Positions 9,529 to 19,000 of a DNA stretch of 64,000 nt are shown here, in pieces. The position numbers and the translations under genes were made by a program. Location: positions 65,210-129,209 of the forward strand of contig JAAEQR010000072.1 in NCBI GenBank assembly GCA_024231215.1. Direction: 5' to 3'. Position 1 is the first letter of the stretch. Each line of letters starts with the position of its first letter. The stretch comes from PVC group bacterium. Lineage in GTDB: Bacteria > Omnitrophota > Gorgyraeia > B26-G9. A model generated the notes under the pieces. It searched no databases, was not told the origin of the DNA, and was given only the letters and a program-made list of their open reading frames with translations.

Positions 9529-10858
9529 GTGGATTAAAAAAGACTTACAATACGTTTGGCATCCTTATACACAGATGAAAGACTGTGAAACATTTCCGCC
9601 GGTTTTAATTGAAAAAGCCAAAGGAATAAAGTTGTTTGATAGTAAAGGAAAGGTGTATTTTGATACCATATCCAGTTGGTGGTGTAATGTTCATGGACAC
9701 AATCATCCACGTATAAAAAAAGCGCTTAAACAGCAGATTGAAAAATTGGACCATGTTCTTTTTGCCGGATTTACGCATAAACCGGCGATTTGTTTAGCGG
9801 AAAAACTGTTGGAGATTAGCCCCCGGAACTTGCGGCGTGTATTTTTTTCAGATAATGGTTCTACAGCCGTGGAATCTGCCCTGAAAATATCATTTCAGTA
9901 TTGGCTGAATAAAGGAAAGAAAGGGAAGAAAAAATTTGTATCCTTAGATCATGCTTATCATGGTGATACGATTGGAGCCATGAACGTTAGCGGTATGAGT
10001 TTATTTAATGAAATGTTTTCCCCGTTATTTTTCTCCTCTTATAAAGTGCCTTCTCCTTATTGTTACCGTTGCCCAGTGAAAAAAAAATACTCTTCTTGCG
10101 GTATTGATTGCATTAGGCCTCTGGAAAAACTACTGGATAAGAAACACCGGGAAATCGCTGCAATTATTCTGGAGCCTTTAGTCATGGCTGCCGGTGGAAT
10201 GATTATTTATCCTAAAGAATATTTAAGAAAAATATCACAGTTGGCTAAAAAGTACGGTACTCATCTGATCTTAGATGAAGTGGCGACTGGTTTTGGGCGT
10301 ACGGGGAAAATGTTTGCTTGTGAACATGCGAATATTAAGCCTGATTTCATGTGTCTTTCTAAAGGAATTACGTCTGGGACGATGCCATTAGCTGCGACGC
10401 TTACTACAGAAAGAATATTCAAGGCGTTTTACGATGATTATCATAAAGGTAAAACATTTTTTCATGGACATACTTATACGGCTAATCCATTAGCTTGTGC
10501 GGCGGCATTAGCCAGCCTGGATATTTTTAAGGAGGAGAAAACGCTGCTTATTATGCAGGATAATATAAGGTTCTTTCATGACGAATTGAAAAAGTTTTCT
10601 GAATTATCTATTGTCGGAGATGTTCGGCAAATTGGTTTTATCGGAGCGCTTGAGCTGGTACAGGATAAAGCAGATAAAACTCCTTTTAAAGCCAGGATCG
10701 GTATGCATATTTATCAGCAAGGGCTTAAACAGGGATTAATTTTACGGCCATTGGGAAATATTGTTTATTTATTTTTACCATTATGTATTAAGAAGAAAGA
10801 GATGGCTGAAGTTTTGCAAAAGACATATAATATTATAAAGGCCTGTAAATGTGTATGA
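9521..10858 (+). CDS. bioA: Adenosylmethionine-8-amino-7-oxononanoate transaminase
   Basis: WHPYTQM, SSWWCNVHGH, YHGDT, DEVATGFGRTG, HGHTYTANPLAC. Confidence 0.96.
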   Translation: MDKWIKKDLQYVWHPYTQMKDCETFPPVLIEKAKGIKLFDSKGKVYFDTISSWWCNVHGHNHPRIKKALKQQIEKLDHVLFAGFTHKPAICLAEKLLEISPRNLRRVFFSDNGSTAVESALKISFQYWLNKGKKGKKKFVSLDHAYHGDTIGAMNVSGMSLFNEMFSPLFFSSYKVPSPYCYRCPVKKKYSSCGIDCIRPLEKLLDKKHREIAAIILEPLVMAAGGMIIYPKEYLRKISQLAKKYGTHLILDEVATGFGRTGKMFACEHANIKPDFMCLSKGITSGTMPLAATLTTERIFKAFYDDYHKGKTFFHGHTYTANPLACAAALASLDIFKEEKTLLIMQDNIRFFHDELKKFSELSIVGDVRQIGFIGALELVQDKADKTPFKARIGMHIYQQGLKQGLILRPLGNIVYLFLPLCIKKKEMAEVLQKTYNIIKACKCV

Positions 10859-11892
10859 AGAAAAAACATGTTATATCCGGATTATTTCCGGACGAATTAC
10901 AAAAACTACTTAAAGATTTTGTTTCGCAAGCATATCGAGGCAGACAAATTCTTGATTGGATATATGAAAAAAATATTTTATCATTTTCCAAGATGAGTAA
11001 TTTGCCGGATAAGTTGAGAGATGAATTAAAGCTTGTTTTTGAACCGGTAAGTTTGATAGAGGTTGATAAGCAGATAAGCTCTGATAAAACTACAAAGTAT
11101 GTTTTTAAGACTTATGATGATGAATACATAGAATCTGTATTTATACCTACGCGTAAACGTGCGACTATATGTATTTCGACACAGGCAGGCTGTGCATTTG
11201 GTTGTATGTTTTGTGCCAGTGGGAAAAACGGTTTAAAACGCAATCTTTCGGTAGGAGAAATCGTAAGCCAGGTTTTACTTATCCGAAAAGATAACCCGGA
11301 AAATCCAATTACCAATATTGTGATCATGGGAATGGGGGAGCCTTTGGCGAATTATGAAAACACACTAAAGGCAGTAAGAATTTTGAATCATCCGGAATGT
11401 TTAAGATTAGCGGCTCGGCGTATTACGATTTCTACTTGTGGTTTACCTGAACAGATACTTCGGCTGGCAAAGGAAGGGTTACAGATAGAATTGTCGATTT
11501 CTTTACATGCAGCTAATAATGTTCTTAGAAACCGTATTGTCCCGGTAAATAAGAAGTATCCGTTGGAGCATTTAATGCAGACAGCACGGGATTATATAAG
11601 AATTACAAATAGAGTTATTACTTTTGAATATGTGATTATAGATGGGGTAAATGATACTAAAAGAGATGCAGAGCAGCTGATTTCATTGTTAAACGGAATT
11701 AAATGTAAAGTTAATATTATTCCGTTTAATCCAGTGGATGGTACAGATTTTAGACCGCCAAAAGCGTTTAAATTAGAAGAGTTTCAAGAGACACTTCAGG
11801 CTAGTGGTGTGAATGTAACAGTGCGTCGTTCCCGGGGTACAGATATTAAAGGTGCTTGTGGACAATTAGCAGCTCACAGCAATAACGCTTAA
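10855..11892 (+). CDS. rlmN: 23S rRNA (adenine-C2)-methyltransferase RlmN
   Basis: CISTQAGCAFGCMFCASG, MGMGEPL, SISLHA, GACGQL. Confidence 0.95.
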   Translation: MKKKHVISGLFPDELQKLLKDFVSQAYRGRQILDWIYEKNILSFSKMSNLPDKLRDELKLVFEPVSLIEVDKQISSDKTTKYVFKTYDDEYIESVFIPTRKRATICISTQAGCAFGCMFCASGKNGLKRNLSVGEIVSQVLLIRKDNPENPITNIVIMGMGEPLANYENTLKAVRILNHPECLRLAARRITISTCGLPEQILRLAKEGLQIELSISLHAANNVLRNRIVPVNKKYPLEHLMQTARDYIRITNRVITFEYVIIDGVNDTKRDAEQLISLLNGIKCKVNIIPFNPVDGTDFRPPKAFKLEEFQETLQASGVNVTVRRSRGTDIKGACGQLAAHSNNA

Positions 11893-11897
11893 AAAAT

Positions 11898-12392
11898 ATG
11901 TCTTTACATTATATAATAGATGGTTATAACGTTATAAAACAGGTGACTTTTTTTACCGGTAAAAAGTTAAGAGCTGGCAGGGATAGTTTGGTGCATTTTA
12001 TCGAACAACATCGGCCTCAAGGCAGTAGTAAAAATGAAGTAACTGTGGTTTTTGATGGGAAAGCGGAGTTTGATAATCCACAGATAAAAAGTGCAACAGA
12101 GGTTATTTTTAGTAAGAATGAAACTGCGGATGATAAGATTAAACGCATGGTTGAGCATTCCCGGAATCCAAAGAGGATTGTTGTAGTTAGTGATGATAAG
12201 GCAATTGTTTTTTATTGCCGTTCTTTAGGAGCTAGGATAAAAACAGTAAAAGAATTTTTAAATGACTCTCGTATCCCTGAAAAAGTTAAGCCGGATTTTG
12301 AGGGAGCAGATAAACCGGATTTAAGTAGTAATGCAGCACAAGAGATTACAGAGCAGTTAAAAGATATTTGGCTTAAAAGTGAAGAAGAGTAA
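11898..12392 (+). CDS. NYN/YacP-like PIN-fold RNase
   Basis: YIIDGYNV, VVFDG, ETADD.I, VVSDD. Confidence 0.8.
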   Translation: MSLHYIIDGYNVIKQVTFFTGKKLRAGRDSLVHFIEQHRPQGSSKNEVTVVFDGKAEFDNPQIKSATEVIFSKNETADDKIKRMVEHSRNPKRIVVVSDDKAIVFYCRSLGARIKTVKEFLNDSRIPEKVKPDFEGADKPDLSSNAAQEITEQLKDIWLKSEEE

Positions 12393-12397
12393 TAACT

Positions 12398-12691
12398 ATG
12401 AAAAATAAATTAGATTCGTTAATGGTCATTGGTAAGATAACACATTTTCTTGGTACATTGTTACTGTTCAATTTCTTTTTCGGGTTGATTCTTTTTGGTT
12501 TTTTTCGTTGGCTTTTATTTGGGAGTGTTTTATTGTTTTTGTTGTTTTTATCTCTTTTAGCCGGTAAAACAGTTATTTTTAAACCAGGTAAACCGCAGGC
12601 AGAAAGCCAATCGGAACAGCCTCATTATCATAGGCGTAATAAAACAAACAGTGATATTATCGATGTAGAAGCAGAAGTTGTTGATGAGTAG
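12398..12691 (+). CDS. Small membrane protein
   Basis: Hydrophobic N-terminal half, C-terminal IIDVEAEVVDE. Confidence 0.55.
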   Translation: MKNKLDSLMVIGKITHFLGTLLLFNFFFGLILFGFFRWLLFGSVLLFLLFLSLLAGKTVIFKPGKPQAESQSEQPHYHRRNKTNSDIIDVEAEVVDE

Positions 12692-12752
12692 TAAGTTTGA
12701 CAAATATTAAGATTCGATATAATATATAGAAAAATAGAGGAACTTTTCTTCC

Positions 12753-13436
12753 ATGGATAGGAAAATTTTTTGTTTTATCGCAATTCTATGTTTCTTCTGT
12801 AAAGGTGCTTTTGCTATTCCTGCCGAAGGAGAATCCCGGCCAAGTTTACACAAAAGTATTTGGGGTGTGCAGTTTAACCACATATTTTCCAGGGACTTTA
12901 ACAAAGTCGAAGCGAAGGCAAGTACAACTCAGTATTTTATCAAGGCTAGTTACGGTTTAACTGAAAAATTTTTTCTTGATGGTAAGGTAGGCTGGGGAAA
13001 TGTATCTTTTGATCGGGAAGGGCAGGAAAAGCTTAATTTCCCGAATAATTTTGCCGGCGGATATGGGTTTCGTTACTTATTCTATGAAGATGACAGTCAG
13101 GGGTTAAAAGCTATAGCGGGATTTCAGCATATTAGCTGTCATCCGTTTAAAGATGTAGTAAACAATATCGATCATCGGATTATCTGGGATGAGTGGCAGG
13201 GAACATTATTATTGATCAAAAAGTGGAATAGAGTCGGAATATATTTTGGTCCGCAGTATAGTGAGGCACAGCTAAAGTATAAAGAAGGTGATTTGCGACG
13301 CAGGGTAAAGGGCGAAGATATCTGGGGAGCAGTTATCGGTGCGGATTATTATATAAATGAAAAGACCGGAATTAATATGGAAGCGCGGCTTTTTAACGAG
13401 TGGGCATTAAATATCGGAATGAATTATAAATTCTGA
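12753..13436 (+). CDS. Outer-membrane beta-barrel protein
   Basis: Signal peptide (AFA), alternating aromatic beta strands, terminal YKF. Confidence 0.7.
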   Translation: MDRKIFCFIAILCFFCKGAFAIPAEGESRPSLHKSIWGVQFNHIFSRDFNKVEAKASTTQYFIKASYGLTEKFFLDGKVGWGNVSFDREGQEKLNFPNNFAGGYGFRYLFYEDDSQGLKAIAGFQHISCHPFKDVVNNIDHRIIWDEWQGTLLLIKKWNRVGIYFGPQYSEAQLKYKEGDLRRRVKGEDIWGAVIGADYYINEKTGINMEARLFNEWALNIGMNYKF

Positions 13437-13461
13437 AAAGTTAAATGAATAGAGGTGCTTT

Positions 13462-14112
13462 GTGAGCGGAATATTTAGATTTAAGAAATTACGGTTATAT
13501 GTGGCATATCCATTTGCCGCAGTATATTTTTTTCTTGCATATTACACAGGTATAGATTTTAGTATCGGAATTTGGAGTGTATTTTTAGGTTTAATTATTC
13601 GTTTCTGGGCGGCAGGTTTTATTCGTAAAAAACGAGAATTAGCTGTGGCCGGGCCTTATGCGCTTGTGCGTAACCCTTTATATCTAGGTAATTTTTTAGT
13701 TGGATTTGGTTTTTCCTGCTTTGTTAACAATATTTTTATTATTTTGGCTTATTGTGTTTTATTTGCGATTTTCTATATTGGGACAATAAGGGAAGAAGAG
13801 ATATTATTGACCGAGCTTTTTGGACAGCAGTATTTGGATTACAAAAAGAGTGTTCCTTCTATTTTTCCGTTATTTAAGACATATAAAACAGACCAGAAAC
13901 CAGAATATAGTTTGCAGCAGGCTAATCGTAATGGTGAATTTATTCGTGTTGCAGTTACGGCAGTTTTGTTATCTATTTTGTACTGTTTTCAAGGGTTTAT
14001 TTTACAAGGAAGTGTGAATCTGGTAGATATTTTGATTTTTGCCGGACTTTTTATAATGCTTATTTTTACCATAATATCTCGAAGAAGATTTTTAAAACGA
14101 GATATTAATTAA
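13462..14112 (+). CDS. Isoprenylcysteine carboxyl methyltransferase/PEMT family membrane protein
   Basis: GPYALVRNPLYLG, EE..L...FG..Y..YKKSVP. Confidence 0.85.
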   Translation: MSGIFRFKKLRLYVAYPFAAVYFFLAYYTGIDFSIGIWSVFLGLIIRFWAAGFIRKKRELAVAGPYALVRNPLYLGNFLVGFGFSCFVNNIFIILAYCVLFAIFYIGTIREEEILLTELFGQQYLDYKKSVPSIFPLFKTYKTDQKPEYSLQQANRNGEFIRVAVTAVLLSILYCFQGFILQGSVNLVDILIFAGLFIMLIFTIISRRRFLKRDIN

Positions 14113-14127
14113 CCTGAGAATTAAATC

Positions 14128-15810
14128 ATGCAGAAAATTTGGAAATTTAGAGAATTAGATGGTCATAAACATAAAGCATTTGCCGCAGAACTTGGAGTTT
14201 CTCCGATTTTGGCTCAGATATTATTGAATCGTGGTATTTCGGATCCGGATCAAGCCCGGACTTTTCTTAGATGTGATATGAAAGATTGTCATGATCCTTT
14301 TTTACTTAAGGATATGTCTAAGTCAGTTTCTCGCGTTCAGAAAGCAATTAAGTATAAGGAAAAAATAGTTATTTACGGTGATTATGATGTAGACGGAGTG
14401 ACTAGTTGTGCAGTATTGTTTTATGTTCTTTCGGACTTGGGAGCTGATGTATCCTGTTATATCCCGCATAGAATAGAGCAAGGGTATGGACTTAATCTGG
14501 AGTCTTGTCAAACTTTAAAAGAACAAGGTGTATCCTTGGTAATAACTGTAGATTGCGGAGTTAGTGGGTTCCAAGAGATAGAGTATTTAAAGGAGGCTGG
14601 AGTTGATGTTATTATCACAGATCATCATCAGCCTTTAGAGAGGGGAGTGCCTGATGCGTTATGTGTAATAAATCCTTGGCAGAAAAAATGTTCGTATCCC
14701 TATAAAGAATTAGCAGGGGTGGGATTAGCGTACAAACTTGCCCTGGGGGTTTCTGCGGGAACTTTAGATATATCTGAGCACCTAGATCTTGTAGCTTTAG
14801 GAACGATTTGTGATGTTGCGCCGCTAACCGGAGAAAACAGAATTTTGGTTAAGCATGGTCTAGAGAGACTTTCTAATACTAAAAAAGAGGGATTGAGAGC
14901 CTTAAAAGATATAGCTAAAATCAGGGCAAAGAAGCTTTCTACCCATCATGTAGGATTTATGTTTGGCCCTAGACTAAATGCTATGGGAAGAATGGGCTCA
15001 GCTGAGAAATCACTGGAGCTTTTATTAAGTACAGATTATGCTCAAGCATATAAACTGGCCCAAATACTTGATCAGGAAAACCGGACCCGGCAGAAAACAG
15101 AACAAAAAATTTTGAAAGAAGCTCTGTCGATGGTGGAAAGTCAGATAAATTTTAAACATCATCGTACGGTAGTTTTGCATAATGATGCCTGGCATCCGGG
15201 TGTTATCGGCATTGTTGCCTCTCGCATAGCGGAAAGATTTTATCGGCCTACAATCCTGATTTCGACACAAGAAGGTATTGGCAAAGGTTCCGGACGTTCA
15301 ATCAGAGATTTTCATCTATTTGATAATTTATCAAAATGCAATCATCTTTTGGAAGGATTCGGAGGCCATGCGAATGCTGCGGGTATATCTATTTTAGAAG
15401 AAAATCTGGCTGATTTTAAACAGGCATTTAATGATTTAGCCAGTCATGATCTTACCCCGGAAAAATTACAGCCGATAGTGGATGTAGATATGGAAGTTAC
15501 GCTGAGCGCGCTTTCTGAAAAACTGATTAATGATTTGGAAAAATGTGCTCCTTTTGGCATTGGTAATTCACGTCCAGTATTTGCTTCCCAGGATTTAAAA
15601 CTTAAGCAGAGGCCAAAGATTTTGCGCGGAGAAACCTTTAAGTTATGGCTTACCGATGAAAAGATTACGTGTGAGGCGATTGGTAGGCTTAACGGAGTTG
15701 CCCCAACGTCTCTTAATGAGGGATTTTCTATAGTCTATTCGCCGTCTATCAATGACTGGCAGGGGATCTCCACAATACAACTGCAGTTAAAAGACATCAG
15801 ACTCGCCTGA
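14128..15810 (+). CDS. recJ: Single-stranded-DNA exonuclease RecJ
   Basis: YGDYDVDG, TVDCG, TDHH, PRLNAMGR, GSGRS, GGHANAAG. Confidence 0.96.
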   Translation: MQKIWKFRELDGHKHKAFAAELGVSPILAQILLNRGISDPDQARTFLRCDMKDCHDPFLLKDMSKSVSRVQKAIKYKEKIVIYGDYDVDGVTSCAVLFYVLSDLGADVSCYIPHRIEQGYGLNLESCQTLKEQGVSLVITVDCGVSGFQEIEYLKEAGVDVIITDHHQPLERGVPDALCVINPWQKKCSYPYKELAGVGLAYKLALGVSAGTLDISEHLDLVALGTICDVAPLTGENRILVKHGLERLSNTKKEGLRALKDIAKIRAKKLSTHHVGFMFGPRLNAMGRMGSAEKSLELLLSTDYAQAYKLAQILDQENRTRQKTEQKILKEALSMVESQINFKHHRTVVLHNDAWHPGVIGIVASRIAERFYRPTILISTQEGIGKGSGRSIRDFHLFDNLSKCNHLLEGFGGHANAAGISILEENLADFKQAFNDLASHDLTPEKLQPIVDVDMEVTLSALSEKLINDLEKCAPFGIGNSRPVFASQDLKLKQRPKILRGETFKLWLTDEKITCEAIGRLNGVAPTSLNEGFSIVYSPSINDWQGISTIQLQLKDIRLA

Positions 15811-15883
15811 AATATTTTCAGTCAATAGCCATAACATGTTACCTTGAAAGCACTTAAAGTTTTCAAAAAAGTTGCTTTCGTCC

Positions 15884-15912
15884 TTGCGGGAATTGAAAAC
15901 ATATGGTATACT
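15884..15912 (+). promoter_or_regulatory. Sigma70 promoter of the 1997-aa gene
   Basis: TTGCGG-17 nt-TATACT with TG extended -10. Confidence 0.5.
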
Positions 15913-16006
15913 TTAAAGAATTTTTTGAACTTTTTCAATCTGCTTTTTAAAGATAATAATAAAAGTTTAGTAATTCAATATATGTGATTTAAAAAGGAGG
16001 ATTATT

Positions 16007-19000
16007 ATGTTTAAGGCTCCACCTAATATGTTTTTGAGGATTACCTCACTAGCAATCATCCAAATATTTTTAATTACTAATGTCTCTTTTGCCGGAGGCA
16101 ATTTTTTTGCCCAAAATCAGGGGGAGGACTGTCTTTCGCCTGCCTTAGAGATCAATGCCGGAGCATTAAAGCAGGGAATATTAGCTGTTATTGAGGGAGA
16201 TAGTATTCCCAATGATGTTTCCAGCTTGGAAATGACCACATTATTGGAAACGGCACTGAGTAATCTTAGTGATATTGAAAATAATTCAGAGGACTTAAAT
16301 CTTGAAGTCTTGGAACAGTCAATAGATCAAGTAAGACAAATTAATGCGCAAATTAATTATCTTACGGGGGGTAGTGACGAGGGAGTAAATGATCTTTATT
16401 CAAGATTTCTTAGTAGACGTTCAGATTTAGCAAAAAAAATATCCGCAATAGTAATAAATGATGTTGCTAAGTATGCAGGTGTTTTAGAAAAGCTAGTTAG
16501 TCAATCAAAAGAGGATATGCATAAGCATATAGCTATGATGGTTGAGAATGAGAAGATAACTGCTACACAGGGAGATGCAACATTAAAAACAGCTATAAAG
16601 TTTCTTGAAGAATGGTTAGCTCCAGGAAATAACATTCCTCAATATATTATTCAGGGTATATATAAGGGGATGTTAGAAGGTCGTTCAGGAGATCTCTTAT
16701 ATGCGTATGGATTTGGCTGGCGTCAGTTTGGTACAGCTGGAATCAGGAATCAGGCGGTGCAAAGTGAATTCCCAGTTTTACTTCAGAAAGAAGTTGATGA
16801 ATTTGCTGAAGATGTGCATGCTCCAATATTAACTGGTCCAAATATGATTAATACAGTTACTTTATTGCAGCAGGTGGCAGCTTTGGTTGGATTGGTCAAA
16901 GATATTAGAACCAAATTGCAGCAAAAACTCAATAAAGGTATGAGTTTGGCAAATGCGGCTGAGGAATGTGGAATAGCTGAAGAATTTGCACAAAACATGT
17001 TGGATAACACGATTACCGTTACCTATGATAGTCGGTTGAATGGGGAATATTTTGCTCAGTTGCTTGGTGCCGCATTTTTGCAGAAAGATATAAAAGTAAA
17101 CCTTATGGATAGTCCATCCGGAGTACCGGCTGGAGTTTCTATTGCAAAAGGTGCTTCTTTTTTTGGTGAATTGGTTAAAGATTCTCGTTTTGCTGAGTTT
17201 GAACAGATAACAGGATCTATTTTTGGAATTCTTATTTCTGCCAGTCATAGTGAAGCAGAATATAATGGGTTTAAAGCATTTTTGGCGTATCAAAAATCAC
17301 AAGTAGATGCTGATAGTAAAAATATGATAATGGATGCCAGGGGAAATGTTAACTATAGCGATATAAACATGCGATTAGATACAGGATCTAAAGAAGATTT
17401 AAGATTGATATTTAGAAAATATAAGAATAATTTAATCTGGCTGGGTGGGGAGAAGAAAGTAGATGGCAAAGATTATTGTGGTGCCAAATTCGTACCTTTT
17501 TATCCGCTTTATTTTGAATATTTACGTAAAAGATCACCGATTCCTTATGCTGAATTGTCAAGTGATGATATTGAATCGATTAATGCAGCGAAAAAAGATC
17601 TAGGCATCTTATATACTGCTTTTTATGGTGGCGGATCTGTTTCTGCTGCTAATCTACCGGGATTTTTCCAGGAAATGGGATATGATAATGTAGCTATTGT
17701 AGATAAACAAACTAAAGTTATGGATGGGAAATTTCCAGGGCATATAATGCCTGATCCGGGTGTTGTAGAAGGATGGATGAGTAATTTGTATCATTTTCTT
17801 CAGCAGATAGCCGGAGAGGATTTGTCGGATATAGAAAAAGCCGTAGAAATGCTTAATAATAGACAGACGGGTGCTGCTACAGACCCGGATGTTGACCGGG
17901 CAGGTATGATGTTGGATTTAGAACCAGGGCAGCAAGGCAATGTGCGGGATGCTTTTATTGACTGGATAAGTCGGAATTTACAATACAGAGATGATATTTT
18001 GCCTGAAAAAAAACAACATATTATTAATGTTTTAACAAATAATTTAAAAGATAAATTGTTATTAACGGCAAATGATTCCTGGACATTTATGGCATATTAT
18101 AAGCTGCAGATCAGGGAAAAATATGGGTTGCTGGATAAAAACAAGCTTTACATCATTGAAAAATCCCATGTTACTACAGACGGGCTTGAAAATGTTGCCG
18201 CATATTATCGCAAGAAAGGTTATCGTGTGTATGTTGTGGATACATATGTAGGATTTACAGAATTGGCTAAAAAAAGCCGGGATTTGTTTGCTATAGCAAA
18301 AAAGGCATGGAAGATCAAAAAAATGTTAGATAAGTTAGATGAGCCAAATGAGCAAGAACTAAGGTGGGGTGAACTAGAAGAATTGCTGATAGAACTTAAA
18401 CAAGAGAATAAGATTTTAAAGACTAATGTTCCGTATGCTACCGCTGGATTACCCATAGTTGATGAGGCTATAGAGGCATTTGAAAATAGTAATTTTCAAA
18501 AAGCGGAAGAACTCTGGAATAGTATTGCCCATATGGAGAATATTTTGGCTTGTGAGGAAAGTAACGGTTATGGAGAGCTGGGGGAATATATTCCGGAAGA
18601 AGATAAAGTAGTGAATGCCCACATATCTGAAAAGGATGGAGGGTTAGCTTTGTTTGAGTTTTTTGAAATACTCTCTTATGGAAAAGCTGTTTTGGGAAAA
18701 TCGGAATATTCGATGTTTTTAGATATGCTTAGCGAAATAGGGTATTGTACAACAGATAACCAGTTTTTAAAATATCCGGGGCTTAGCGGGGTTCAGGAAA
18801 AAGTGGATGCGATTGAGAGTTTTGAAAAGGTATTTGCAGCTTTAATTCAAAAGGCTATTGATCAGGGCCAGGTAGTTACTTTATTTAATGGAAAGTATAC
18901 AGTAGAAGAAGTTATCGTTTACAGAGATAAAAAATATGATATTACTTATAATGGGTTTCCTGAGGAAGGAATCCGTTTAGTTTTGCGTACACAGAAGGGG